Shown: positions 9,505 to 18,341, counted from the first letter of the stretch. The stretch: 24,000 nt of DNA from Fidelibacterota bacterium (GCA_002718655.1 PBFM01000008.1:10778-34777); one strand, 5' to 3'. The notes: generated from the sequence alone by a model not told the origin. Program-made: numbers and translations.

Positions 9505-10239
9505 ATGGCCCAAATACGAAAAGAGTTAAGCTTAGATGAGCGTAAAGCTAAGGCAACTGCTTGGGCATTAACTTTTGCAGATGTTGTCACCCTTCTTCTT
9601 ACTTTTTTTGTCTTACTATTGGTGATGTTAAATGATGCTGAAAAACGTCTTAGTATTCTGATAGACAAACTTCTTGATGAAACATATGAAGAAATGACAC
9701 AAGGTCTTTCGTATGAAAACATAGAAGTTGAAAGAGAGACCAAGGGTATAAAAATAACAATTACAGGCAATCTATTTAAATCTACATCTTCTGAGATTGA
9801 ACCGGTTTATTATTCTGTTGTCCATGAAATTGGACAAATCATTTCAGAGTCAGCTTTAATGAATCTCAAAGATAGAAAAGAACACCAACAATTATTAAAG
9901 ATTGTTGATCAGCAAAATGCTATTTTAAATGTTGAAATAAGATGCGAAGGTCATACAGATGACGCAAAGCTTCCTCCTAATGCTGATTACCCGTCAAACT
10001 GGGAATTGTCTTCTGCAAGATCTTTAAACCTTGTTAGATTAATGAACAAGCACGCAGGAATGTCTGAGAAGTACTTCTCAGCTTTAGGCTATGGAGAGTT
10101 TCGTCCAGTTGTAGATGTAAGTGATATTGAGAATTTCAAAGATAAACAAAAAGCAAGAGCAAAAAACCGAAGAGTAGAGATTTATCTAGATGCCTTTATC
10201 AAGCAAAAAGTAGAAATTGAAAAAAAAGTTAATATTTAA
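9505..10239 (+). CDS. motB: MotB/PomB-type stator protein with an OmpA-like peptidoglycan-binding domain
   Basis: Single TM with a conserved Asp (WALTFADVVTLLLTFFVLLLVM). C-terminal OmpA_C-like motifs EGHTDD, NWELSSARSLNLVRLM, GYGEFRPV and NRRVEIYL. Immediately downstream of the motA-like gene. Confidence 0.8.
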   Translation: MAQIRKELSLDERKAKATAWALTFADVVTLLLTFFVLLLVMLNDAEKRLSILIDKLLDETYEEMTQGLSYENIEVERETKGIKITITGNLFKSTSSEIEPVYYSVVHEIGQIISESALMNLKDRKEHQQLLKIVDQQNAILNVEIRCEGHTDDAKLPPNADYPSNWELSSARSLNLVRLMNKHAGMSEKYFSALGYGEFRPVVDVSDIENFKDKQKARAKNRRVEIYLDAFIKQKVEIEKKVNI

Positions 10240-10247
10240 TATGGTAC

Positions 10248-10607
10248 CTAATCATCCTTCATATTATTTGGAATTACTTTGAATACCTGCTCTCCTGGTT
10301 TAGCCATACGATACCGCTCTCTTGCTAATTTCTCGATATATTCTAAATTATTATTTAAACGATTCTTCTCCGTTATCAACAGCTCTCTCTCTTTCCTTAA
10401 TTCAGAGATGTGCTTTTGAACCATTTCTATTTCTTTTCTTAGCTTATAAAGTTGAAATAAACCATGGTCACCAAAAATAAAAATAATAAAAAGCACAAAT
10501 AAAATGAGAAAAAGTATACCCCTAACAAAGTTCTTTTGAGAATGCATTGTCTGTGTGTTTTTAAACCTTGAACGAGAAGGTCGCTTCAGTGTACCATATT
10601 TATTCAT
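10248..10607 (-). CDS. ftsB: Septum formation initiator family protein (FtsB/DivIC-like)
   Basis: 119 aa. One TM ([15 protein letters not shown]) followed by a coiled coil ([54 protein letters not shown]). ATGA start/stop overlap with eno at 10604-10607. An eno-ftsB arrangement is common in bacteria. Confidence 0.7.
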   Translation of the reverse strand: MNKYGTLKRPSRSRFKNTQTMHSQKNFVRGILFLILFVLFIIFIFGDHGLFQLYKLRKEIEMVQKHISELRKERELLITEKNRLNNNLEYIEKLARERYRMAKPGEQVFKVIPNNMKDD

Positions 10608-11890
10608 TGATAATTACCAAATACATTTACCTCCGCTAGCTTTGCACCCACTCCTAGCTCTTCTTCAATTCGCAATAATTGATTGTATTTACATATTCGG
10701 TCTGTTCTTGAAAGAGAGCCTGTTTTGATTTGTCCCATACCCACTGCAACTGCCAAATCTGCAATCGTTGTGTCTTCTGTTTCCCCTGACCGATGTGAGA
10801 TGATCACACCAAAGCCTGCGTTTTTAGCCATGGAAACTGTGTTCATTGTTTCTGTCAAAGTACCAATTTGGTTTAACTTTATTAAAATTGCATTTATACA
10901 ATTTTTATCTACCGCTTTTTTCAACTTTTCAATGTTTGTTACAGTTAAATCATCACCAACGACTTGTACTTTATTGCCTAATTTTTTTGTTAGCTGAGCC
11001 CAGCCATTCCAATCATTTTCATCTAGCCCATCTTCAATTGATATAATAGGGTAATCTTTTACAAGATTAGTTAAATATTCTATCATTTCATTGGTGCTTA
11101 GTTTTTTCTTTTCAGAGTATAAATTATAATATTCTTTTTCATATAATTCACTTGCTGCAACATCTAGTGCTAAAGATACCTCTTGACCCGGTTTTAAACC
11201 TGATTTGATAATGGATTCTAATATAATTTCTATTGCTTCCTCATTGGATCTGAGATTAGGGGCAAACCCACCTTCATCTCCAACTGATGTGATGAAACTC
11301 TTTTTTTTCAAGAGTGATTTTAACATATGAAAAATTTCAGCTCCTATCTTTAATGCGTTAGAGAATGAACCAGCATCTAAAGGACAAATCATAAATTCTT
11401 GTATGTCTATAGAATTATCTGCATGGCTACCACCATTTAAAATGTTCATTAATGGAATAGGTAATAATTTGCTACCACTTTCTCCAAGATAGCTATAGAG
11501 TGGTTTGTTTGATGCGTTAGATCCTGCATGGGCAGCTGCCAAAGAAACACCTAGTAGTGCATTCGCTCCTAGGCTTGATTTATTTTGAGTTCCATCTAAT
11601 TCAATTAATAAGCTATCTAAATCTGATTGTTCTGTAGCATCGAAACCCATTAATTGTGGTGCGATAATTGAATTAACGTTTTTTATTGCTTTTTGCACAC
11701 CTTTACCACAATATCTACTTTTATCCATATCCCTTAGTTCAAGCGCTTCATGTTGCCCTGTTGAAGCTCCAGAAGGAACCGCTGCTCTTCCAAGGTGACC
11801 GGATTTTGTAGTAATGTCTACTTCGATTGTTGGATTTCCTCTAGAGTCCAGTATTTCTCTTGCATATACCTTTTCAATAGAAGAATTCAT
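10604..11890 (-). CDS. eno: Enolase (phosphopyruvate hydratase)
   Basis: 428 aa. [17 protein letters not shown]-terminus, [17 protein letters not shown] signature and [27 protein letters not shown] Shine-Dalgarno 6 nt upstream of the ATG. Confidence 0.97.
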   Translation of the reverse strand: MNSSIEKVYAREILDSRGNPTIEVDITTKSGHLGRAAVPSGASTGQHEALELRDMDKSRYCGKGVQKAIKNVNSIIAPQLMGFDATEQSDLDSLLIELDGTQNKSSLGANALLGVSLAAAHAGSNASNKPLYSYLGESGSKLLPIPLMNILNGGSHADNSIDIQEFMICPLDAGSFSNALKIGAEIFHMLKSLLKKKSFITSVGDEGGFAPNLRSNEEAIEIILESIIKSGLKPGQEVSLALDVAASELYEKEYYNLYSEKKKLSTNEMIEYLTNLVKDYPIISIEDGLDENDWNGWAQLTKKLGNKVQVVGDDLTVTNIEKLKKAVDKNCINAILIKLNQIGTLTETMNTVSMAKNAGFGVIISHRSGETEDTTIADLAVAVGMGQIKTGSLSRTDRICKYNQLLRIEEELGVGAKLAEVNVFGNYQ

Positions 11891-11896
11891 ATTTTA

Positions 11897-11901
11897 CTCC
11901 T
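11897..11901 (-). promoter_or_regulatory. Shine-Dalgarno sequence (AGGAG) of eno
   Basis: Minus-strand reading is TAGGAGTAAAAT followed by ATG, a 6-nt spacer. It is one of only three clear SD sequences I can find in the window. Confidence 0.55.
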
Positions 11902-12002
11902 ATAATTTAGATAGCCAAATTAGATTTGAGTGTTAACACCATCCAATACCTATAATTTAAAATTGGAACAATATAAAGAATAAATAATTAAAGTAGGGTT
12001 AA

Positions 12003-12968
12003 ATGTTTGAAATCTATCGATTCAATAAGGAAGATGAAATTTTATGGGATGAGTTTGTTTCAAAAAGTAATAATGGGACCTTGTTTCATTTACGATCTTT
12101 TCTTAATTATCATCCAAATAATAGGTTTGTGGACCACAGTCTAATGATTTTAAAGAAAGGCAAGCTATTTTCCGTTTTTCCAGCAGCTGAAATTATATAT
12201 GGAAATAAATTATATCTTATTTCTCATCCTGGTGCAAGTGTTGGTTCATTTGTTCTTCCTGAAAAATTTGCGATTGCCGAATCGATGGAGCTTGCTCAAT
12301 CCTTAGTAGATTATTCAAAAAAGAATGGTTTCCATGCAATTCGAATTACATTGCCACCTAATTTATACCAAAAGAGAATATCAAATTATATGGAGTTTTC
12401 GCTTTTCAAACAGAAGTTTGAGTATTTTAAAAGGGACATAACCAGTATTTTGTTTTTAGAAAATTCGCATTCTCTAACAGTAAATAAATTTCGCGATTCT
12501 CATAAAAGAGCAGTGCGCAAATCTATGGATAGTGGGGTTGTTATTGAGCAATCAAATGACTATGATTCTTTTTATAATATTTTAAAAGAAAATTTAAAGA
12601 TTCGTCACAACGTCAATCCTACACACTCACTTAAAGAGCTAAAGTTAATCTCATCTATTTTTCCAAAAAAATGTAAATTATTTGGTGCTTTTTTAAAAGG
12701 AGAGATGATTGCTGGTGTTGTGAATTTTATTGTTAATGATCATGTCATTCTTGCTTTTTACATTAGTCATAATGAGAAATATTCTAATTATAGATCTGTT
12801 AATTTACTTTTTTATCATATTTTTAATTGGGCCATTGAAAAAAAATATACAATATATGATTTTGGCACATTCACGGTAAATAATGAACCAAATATGGGAT
12901 TGGGTAGGTTTAAAGAAAACTTCGGTGCTAGTGGTATTTTTCGAGACACAATTCAATTAGTAATATAA
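12003..12968 (+). CDS. FemAB-like / GNAT-fold (Acetyltransf_6, BioF2-like) transferase, probable aminoacyl or acyl transferase acting on a glycan or lipid-linked precursor
   Basis: 321 aa. The C-terminal GLGRFKENFGASG matches the G-h-x-RFK-x-x-FG signature of FemAB/FemX-type proteins. First gene of a tightly packed glycan cluster. Assignment by motif only. Confidence 0.55.
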   Translation: MFEIYRFNKEDEILWDEFVSKSNNGTLFHLRSFLNYHPNNRFVDHSLMILKKGKLFSVFPAAEIIYGNKLYLISHPGASVGSFVLPEKFAIAESMELAQSLVDYSKKNGFHAIRITLPPNLYQKRISNYMEFSLFKQKFEYFKRDITSILFLENSHSLTVNKFRDSHKRAVRKSMDSGVVIEQSNDYDSFYNILKENLKIRHNVNPTHSLKELKLISSIFPKKCKLFGAFLKGEMIAGVVNFIVNDHVILAFYISHNEKYSNYRSVNLLFYHIFNWAIEKKYTIYDFGTFTVNNEPNMGLGRFKENFGASGIFRDTIQLVI

Positions 12969-12972
12969 AATA

Positions 12973-14391
12973 ATGTCAATAAGAGACCTAGGAAAGCAGT
13001 CCTTGATATATGGCTTTGGTCATGTTTTGGCAAGACTGATTACTTTTTTATTATTGCCTCTATATACTCATTCTTTTACACAAGAAGAATATGGCGCAGT
13101 ATCCTTAGCATATGCGTTTATAGGCTTTGGATTGATTTTATATCGATATGGTATGGATACAGCCTTAATGAAATTTTCAGTACAAACTACGGGTGATGAA
13201 AAAATAAAACATATTACTGTTATAATAATATCTCAAATTATTACTGGAATAATGTTCACTTTAATATTTTATCTCTCAAGGAACTTGAGCGCATATTGGG
13301 TTTTGGGAGTGCACAAACCAGATTGGATGGTTTACCTTTCAATTATTCTCCTTCTCGATTCTCTTTGGAGCTTACCACTTTTAATCCTTCGCGCTGAACA
13401 AAAAGCGACATTATTCATTAGTTTTAGTCTGTTGAATGTTGTTGTAACCATGTTTTTAAACATTCTTTTTGTTGTTCACTTAAAAAATGGAATCGAAGGG
13501 GTTTTTAAAGCCAATATTTTAGCTTCAGGGCTTTTATTGTTTACATCCTTTCCTATAATAATTCAAAGAATTAAAATTAGCGCTTTTGATAAAAGCACAT
13601 TGATTAAAGTTTTAAAGTTTGCCATACCGTTTTTACCAGCAGGTGTGTTTACTATGGTTATGGAATTATCTGATCGATACTTAATTGAATATATGCTTGG
13701 CACCAAAGATGTTGGTCTTTATTCTGCGGGTAAAAAAATGGGAATGTTAGGTCTTACAGCTGTTATGGGGTTCAATATGGGATGGACTCCATACTTTTTA
13801 AAAAAAGGAAAAGAACGGGGAGCGAGGTTGGAGTTTTCTAAAATCACAACGCTATTTTTAGGTATAATGGGATATTTATCAATGCTGGTAAGTCTTTGGA
13901 TTAATGAAATTATGCGACTCTCAATCTTTGGGAAAACACTTATAGGTCCTGCGTTTTGGAATTGCAATGAAGTGGTTAGTATGATTCTCTTGGGGTACTT
14001 CTTTTTTGGCACTTATATCATTCAACTCCCGGGCATTTACATAAAGGAAATTACAAACTGGGTCCCAATATTTCGAATCAGTGGTGCACTAACTTTAATC
14101 ATGTCTAGTTTCTATTTTGTTCCCAAATTTGGTTTCGTGGGAGCGGCATATAGTGTTGTGCTGGCATTTGTTTCAATGACATTAACTATCTACCTAAAAT
14201 TAAATCCAATTTATACAACACCATATAATTGGAGAGCAATTTTTTTTCCTGTGCTTGTTCTAATTGGGATACAATATAACATCACTGAATTACATGTTAA
14301 GCTTACTTTATCATTTTTATATCCTATCATATGGTATTTATTTATCGTAACAGATATTGAAAAAAAAGGACTTGTTAGGTTGTTAAAATGA
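12973..14391 (+). CDS. Polysaccharide/oligosaccharide flippase (Wzx-like, MOP superfamily)
   Basis: 472 aa with at least 12 hydrophobic segments. N-terminal GFGHVLARLITFLLLPLYT is typical of polysaccharide biosynthesis (PST) flippases. ATGA overlap with the downstream GT4 gene. Confidence 0.8.
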   Translation: MSIRDLGKQSLIYGFGHVLARLITFLLLPLYTHSFTQEEYGAVSLAYAFIGFGLILYRYGMDTALMKFSVQTTGDEKIKHITVIIISQIITGIMFTLIFYLSRNLSAYWVLGVHKPDWMVYLSIILLLDSLWSLPLLILRAEQKATLFISFSLLNVVVTMFLNILFVVHLKNGIEGVFKANILASGLLLFTSFPIIIQRIKISAFDKSTLIKVLKFAIPFLPAGVFTMVMELSDRYLIEYMLGTKDVGLYSAGKKMGMLGLTAVMGFNMGWTPYFLKKGKERGARLEFSKITTLFLGIMGYLSMLVSLWINEIMRLSIFGKTLIGPAFWNCNEVVSMILLGYFFFGTYIIQLPGIYIKEITNWVPIFRISGALTLIMSSFYFVPKFGFVGAAYSVVLAFVSMTLTIYLKLNPIYTTPYNWRAIFFPVLVLIGIQYNITELHVKLTLSFLYPIIWYLFIVTDIEKKGLVRLLK

Positions 14392-15500
14392 TAATCATCA
14401 TATCTTGTAATCACTTTCCAGATGATGAAAGAATATACTACAAACAAATTTGTTCTTTAAAGGAGCAAGAATATCCGATAAAATATTTTACAAGATCTGA
14501 TTCAATTATTGATATGTCTGACTCTTTAGTTGACCACATAAACTATAGTAAAGATATATCTATCCAAAGTTTTATTCAGATTGTATACCAGCAAATATCA
14601 AGAGTACAAAAAATTAGTCATGTTCAAATACATGAGACAGAATTGCTTCCAATTTTTAAAAAGGTAAAATACGGTTTTTCTAAGTCTCCTATTACAATTT
14701 ATGATGTTCATGAAAATGTAGAAGCCTTGTACAGAACCTTTTCAAACCGCATAAAACTTTTAAAAGAGGTGTTAATTTATTGGCGCAAATACAAAGAGAA
14801 AAAAAATTTAAAATATGTTGATAAAATCATTTTAGCCAACAAACCAGTTAATGATTTTCCATATTCCGAAATAGATAAAGAAATTGTTGTTATTGAAAAT
14901 TATCCAGAAATCGAGAGAATAAGAAAAAATTCAATTAATCAACGGAAAAAAAACTCAATAATTTACCATGGTCATCTAGGGGAGGAGCGAGGCATAAAAG
15001 ATTTGATTTATGCAATTAACCATATAAAGACCAGCTTTTCAAATATTTTACTTACTTTAGTTGGAACATTCAGAACCAAAGAATTTCAACGCGACATAAC
15101 TAGTTTAATTGAACAATTAGACCTCAAACAAACGGTAGAGATAGTTGAGCAAGTACCACATTCAAAAATATGGGAGTTATTAGATAAGCATTGTGTTGGT
15201 GTTATCCCGTTTAGAGAAAATCCGCTTACTCAAGAAAACACTCCTACTAAATTATTCGAAATGATGGCCTCTGGTTTAGAAATAGTAACCTCAGATTTGA
15301 GACCCATACGTCAATTTGTGCAAGATTCAGTTCTTTGGTCTGAACCAGGAAGTTTTATATCTATGGCCAATGCTATAAAGCGAGCACTCAATGGAGCGGG
15401 TAATTCTCAACACATTGCATACAATTATAATTTAATTGAAAAAAAATATAATTGGGAAAAAAGAAAAGAGTTGTATTTATCTTTATTTTCAATAAGATGA
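14388..15500 (+). CDS. Glycosyltransferase family 4 (GT-B fold)
   Basis: 370 aa. C-terminal half has IIYHGHLGEERGIKDLI and the E-x7-E motif ENTPTKLFEMMASGLEIV. Confidence 0.8.
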   Translation: MIIIISCNHFPDDERIYYKQICSLKEQEYPIKYFTRSDSIIDMSDSLVDHINYSKDISIQSFIQIVYQQISRVQKISHVQIHETELLPIFKKVKYGFSKSPITIYDVHENVEALYRTFSNRIKLLKEVLIYWRKYKEKKNLKYVDKIILANKPVNDFPYSEIDKEIVVIENYPEIERIRKNSINQRKKNSIIYHGHLGEERGIKDLIYAINHIKTSFSNILLTLVGTFRTKEFQRDITSLIEQLDLKQTVEIVEQVPHSKIWELLDKHCVGVIPFRENPLTQENTPTKLFEMMASGLEIVTSDLRPIRQFVQDSVLWSEPGSFISMANAIKRALNGAGNSQHIAYNYNLIEKKYNWEKRKELYLSLFSIR

Positions 15501-16582
15501 AAATATTATATATAGCACCTGAAAATACTGTTGGCACTTTAACCTTGTGGAGGAATGAACATATGAGGAGAGGGAATGAATGTAGGTCGATAACCTTTTT
15601 TAATTCCCCAAAAAAATTTGATGAAGATATTTGTTTAAATCTCCCTTTTAATTTCACTAATCCTAAAATGTCAAAGATACGAAATTTAATATACAAAAGA
15701 TATCGAGGGCCAGATGGGTATCATAAGGAAAAGATTGGCTATCCTCCAGTCTGGAAACCAGATGGAAAATTAGATAGTATTTTTTTGAAGTGTAAAGATT
15801 TTTTATGGAAGCCGTATATTGAAAGAGCCATAAATGAATATCAATTATATGATTTTGATATATTCCACTTTGAAAGCGGAGTTGATTTTTTAAAGAATGA
15901 ATCTTTTGTAAAAGGTTTAAAAAAAAGAGGGAAAAAAATCATCTGCCATTATCATGGCGAAGATTTAAGAGCAAGGGGTGTTATGCCATATATGGATACT
16001 GTATCAGACTTAAATCTTACTAATGAATTAGATTTACTCCACAAACATCCAAAAATCAGTTACCTATTTTTACCTTTTGACACTTCAAAATTTCAATTAA
16101 AAGAAACACTTAATGATAAGATAACCATAACCCATGCTCCTACAAATCGATTTTATAAAGGTTCAAATATAATTATTGATATTTGCAAAAACTTAGAATC
16201 GGAAGGAAAGATTAAATTTAAATTAGTTGAAAACCTCCCCAATAACATTGCCCTAGAAAAGAAAATGAAGTCTGACATATGTATTGATCAGATAGGTAAT
16301 CGTGGTGGTTGGGGGTATGGTATGAATTCCGTAGAATCACTTTCGATGGGAATATGTACTTTGACTGAGATGAATGATAAATATAATAATTTTTTACCTG
16401 GAAACCCTTTTGTAAATGTTAATAAGCATACGCTTGAGCAAACATTAAGGAATCTTATAAATAATCCTGGTAAAATATTATTTTATGGTAAGAGGGGTAG
16501 AAAATGGGTTAAAAAAAAACACGACATAAAAAAAGTTGGAGACGTGCTATATGGTTATTATGAAATGCTAGGATTAAAATAA
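15497..16582 (+). CDS. Putative GT-B-like glycosyltransferase (hypothetical)
   Basis: I prefer the ATG at 15497 (MKILYIAPEN...), which forms an ATGA overlap with the GT4 stop, over the ORF-track start at 15452. A Rossmann-like MKILYIAP N-terminus and a second-half ITHAPTNRFYKGSNII motif are seen in capsule/LPS GT1-like proteins. The family is not securely recognised. Confidence 0.5.
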   Translation: MKILYIAPENTVGTLTLWRNEHMRRGNECRSITFFNSPKKFDEDICLNLPFNFTNPKMSKIRNLIYKRYRGPDGYHKEKIGYPPVWKPDGKLDSIFLKCKDFLWKPYIERAINEYQLYDFDIFHFESGVDFLKNESFVKGLKKRGKKIICHYHGEDLRARGVMPYMDTVSDLNLTNELDLLHKHPKISYLFLPFDTSKFQLKETLNDKITITHAPTNRFYKGSNIIIDICKNLESEGKIKFKLVENLPNNIALEKKMKSDICIDQIGNRGGWGYGMNSVESLSMGICTLTEMNDKYNNFLPGNPFVNVNKHTLEQTLRNLINNPGKILFYGKRGRKWVKKKHDIKKVGDVLYGYYEMLGLK

Positions 16583-17655
16583 TGATTAATCAAATATATA
16601 ACCCAAGAATCATTGTCTGGTCAAATTTAGTAAGCAAATTTCTCTCTCCTATTTATTTATTCTTTAACTTGTTTCGAAAAACATACTCCATAACAGATAT
16701 AGACATAAAAACAATTCTTATTACAGAATTTCATAGAATTGGAGATATACTAATAATTGCACCAGCTTTAAAAAATATTAAGCAGGCTTTTCCAAATGCA
16801 CATTTAATATTGATTTGTAATAAGGCATCTGCTGATCTTGCAAAAGATCTTAATTTAGCAAATGAAATAATACCAATAGCTGTTCCTTGGACTGATTGGA
16901 ACTGGTCTTTAATCAAATGGTGGAAAGCACGTTCTTTTGCAAAGAAAATATCATACAAGAATATAGATATTGCCTTTGATTTTAAAGGGGATTTAAGAAA
17001 CAGTTGGTTTTTATGGAAAACAAAACCAAAAGTAAGCTTTGGCTATGATACTACTGGAGGCGGGTACTTTTTTACATATCCAAATAAAATGAACCAAAAT
17101 TCACACCAAACTGATAGAGCCAAGGAGTTAGTTGCAAAAATAGGCTGTTCTGATATTTTTGAAAGCCCCAAAAAGTTAAAAAATAATAATGGTGCAGTGG
17201 TTTTCCATATTGGAGCAAGTGATCCTAGTAGATTATGGCCACTTGAACATTGGTCTGAATTGGCAAAATTATTATCGGAAAATTATCTTATAGGCTTAGT
17301 AAAAACACCAGAATCACACTATCTTGAAAAAAAAATTGATGCTATGAATCTAAATGTTGAATATTTTGAAGGTAGCCTCGTTGAATTGAAAAACTGGTTA
17401 AAATATCAAAAATGTCTTATTTCTCCTGATTCAATGGCTGGCCATTTGGCAGCATATATAGGGTTGCCAACAGTCTCAATATTTGGTTCCCAATCTCCAA
17501 GATTAACATGCCCTTTGAATGATGACTATGGTGTTGTAATTAAACCCCCAAAAAAATGTAACCACATACGTAATCATTGGAGATTTTGCGGTCAGTGCAT
17601 GGAGTCAGTTGTTCCTGAATCGGTTTTTATTGAGGTCAATTTATTGCTTTCATGA
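16582..17655 (+). CDS. Glycosyltransferase family 9 (heptosyltransferase-like)
   Basis: ILITEFHRIGDILIIAPALKNIKQAFPNAHLILIC N-terminal motif, SPDSMAGHLAAYIGLPTVSIFG, and a C-terminal Cys cluster CNHIRNHWRFCGQCM typical of GT9 enzymes. TAATG 1-nt overlap with the upstream gene. Confidence 0.85.
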   Translation: MINQIYNPRIIVWSNLVSKFLSPIYLFFNLFRKTYSITDIDIKTILITEFHRIGDILIIAPALKNIKQAFPNAHLILICNKASADLAKDLNLANEIIPIAVPWTDWNWSLIKWWKARSFAKKISYKNIDIAFDFKGDLRNSWFLWKTKPKVSFGYDTTGGGYFFTYPNKMNQNSHQTDRAKELVAKIGCSDIFESPKKLKNNNGAVVFHIGASDPSRLWPLEHWSELAKLLSENYLIGLVKTPESHYLEKKIDAMNLNVEYFEGSLVELKNWLKYQKCLISPDSMAGHLAAYIGLPTVSIFGSQSPRLTCPLNDDYGVVIKPPKKCNHIRNHWRFCGQCMESVVPESVFIEVNLLLS

Positions 17656-17722
17656 TAATAAACTAATTTTTAAATATAAATATTGTAACTACATGCTTTT
17701 TTAGTAAATTCTATCAGTAAAA

Positions 17723-17767
17723 AGGATTGGACATGAATTCCACAGTAGATTAATAAAATCCAATCCT
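17723..17767 (+). other. Perfect 9-bp inverted repeat (AGGATTGGA ... TCCAATCCT) with a 27-nt spacer
   Basis: Read directly. Arms lie at 17723-17731 and 17759-17767, inside the 183-bp intergenic region between the GT9 gene and the first small ORF. It could be a weak terminator for the glycan cluster, a 5' leader structure or a protein-binding site. Confidence 0.35.
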
Positions 17768-17824
17768 ACTTTATAGAGCAAAATCTATCCGAATGGTGAT
17801 TTGTTCTAAATAAAAAACCAAACC

Positions 17825-17833
17825 AAGGAGGTG
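17825..17833 (+). promoter_or_regulatory. Extended Shine-Dalgarno sequence AAGGAGGTG
   Basis: A 9-nt match to the canonical anti-SD complement, 5 nt upstream of the ATG at 17839. It is by far the strongest RBS in the window. Confidence 0.7.
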
Positions 17834-17838
17834 TCGGC

Positions 17839-18048
17839 ATGGCTGATGTCAATTCAACCGTACAAAATGCAGCGTCTGGAGTAGTAGGGGTTATAAAAGC
17901 ACTTATTGTTCTATTTGTTTTTGTTAATATCGTTTATTCAACAGGTTTTGACCCAATTGGTGGAATCGTAGATCTAGTTAATACATTTTTAGATGGTGGT
18001 TTCGCAGGTCTGCTTGCTCTGCTGGTTTTTCTCTCGTTTCTGGGATAA
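17839..18048 (+). CDS. Small hydrophobic two-TM protein (69 aa), paralog 1, unknown function
   Basis: ATG preceded by AAGGAGGTG. Amphipathic N-terminus, a hydrophobic segment (residues ~19-33), a short polar loop and a Gly-rich second hydrophobic half ending in the FLDGGFAGLLALLVFL motif. Aligns without gaps to the downstream ORF. Confidence 0.65.
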   Translation: MADVNSTVQNAASGVVGVIKALIVLFVFVNIVYSTGFDPIGGIVDLVNTFLDGGFAGLLALLVFLSFLG

Positions 18049-18065
18049 TAACAAAGGATATAGTA

Positions 18066-18091
18066 GGAAGATTTTAATTTTCCCTTTTCCT
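18066..18091 (+). other. Weak intercistronic hairpin followed by a pyrimidine/T-rich run
   Basis: GGAAGAT (18066-18072), TTTA loop, ATTTTCC (18077-18083). The stem is 7 bp including one G-U pair and is followed by CTTTTCCT. Possible partial attenuator between the two small genes. Low stability. Confidence 0.2.
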
Positions 18092-18097
18092 GAAATC

Positions 18098-18102
18098 AGG
18101 AG
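18098..18102 (+). promoter_or_regulatory. Shine-Dalgarno sequence (AGGAG) of the second small ORF
   Basis: AGGAG lies 6 nt upstream of the ATG at 18109. Confidence 0.55.
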
Positions 18103-18108
18103 TAAACT

Positions 18109-18324
18109 ATGCTAAAAGGCTTGCAAAACATAAATGAATGGCTTGGACAACTTACAGACTTGGCTAAGATGTTAGTTGTTATTGGTATTATCGTAGGGAT
18201 TCTGTTTGATGACTTCTTTGGTGTCATTGCAGGATTAGGGCGTATTATGGCTCAATTCGGCGATGCTGGATTTGCGGGGATACTTTCGTTGGCGATTCTA
18301 GTAATGTGGTACGATAAAAAATAG
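18109..18324 (+). CDS. Small hydrophobic two-TM protein (71 aa), paralog 2, unknown function
   Basis: Same architecture as the upstream ORF. Shares the motif F-x-D-x-GFAG-h-L-x-L (FGDAGFAGILSLAILV). Charged C-terminal tail WYDKK. Own SD. Followed by a GC-rich hairpin. Confidence 0.65.
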   Translation: MLKGLQNINEWLGQLTDLAKMLVVIGIIVGILFDDFFGVIAGLGRIMAQFGDAGFAGILSLAILVMWYDKK

Positions 18325-18341
18325 TACCAAAGTGAAACTTG

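Noticed and set aside
8632-10239. MotAB-like pair as a Zorya-type (ZorAB) defence module
   Set aside because: ZorA proteins are much longer, with an extended C-terminal tail, and come with ZorC/D or ZorE partners. Here the MotA-like protein is 279 aa and the flanking genes are housekeeping.
10240-10247. Convergent motB-like and ftsB-like genes separated by only 8 bp with no terminator hairpin
   Set aside because: I found no stem-loop spanning the junction. Termination may be Rho-dependent or lie within the coding ends. There is nothing concrete to report beyond the tight spacing.
11899-11959. Direct repeat of CCTATAATTTA (11899-11909 and 11949-11959), each copy containing TATAAT, in the eno / FemAB-like divergent region
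   Set aside because: The first copy is explained by the eno Shine-Dalgarno (CTCCT) and A/T-rich leader. The second may be a -10 box for the glycan cluster, but it has no convincing -35 at 16-18 bp. An 11-mer repeat of this composition is weak evidence in AT-rich DNA.
17656-17838. Possible tRNA or other small RNA gene, or tiny leader peptides (e.g. MNSTVD, MVICSK), in the longest intergenic region
   Set aside because: There is no T-arm (GTTCGAATC-like) or D-arm consensus and no cloverleaf. The mini-ORFs lack ribosome-binding sites and are at the length expected by chance.
17839-18324. Small two-TM pair as a holin/antiholin for the downstream amidase
   Set aside because: The size, two hydrophobic segments and the charged tail of the second ORF fit a class II holin. 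However, a strong hairpin and 132 bp separate the pair from the amidase. The amidase has its own export signal plus AMIN-like and Amidase_3 domains, as housekeeping AmiC-type enzymes do. No phage genes are nearby. I keep this only as a weak alternative.
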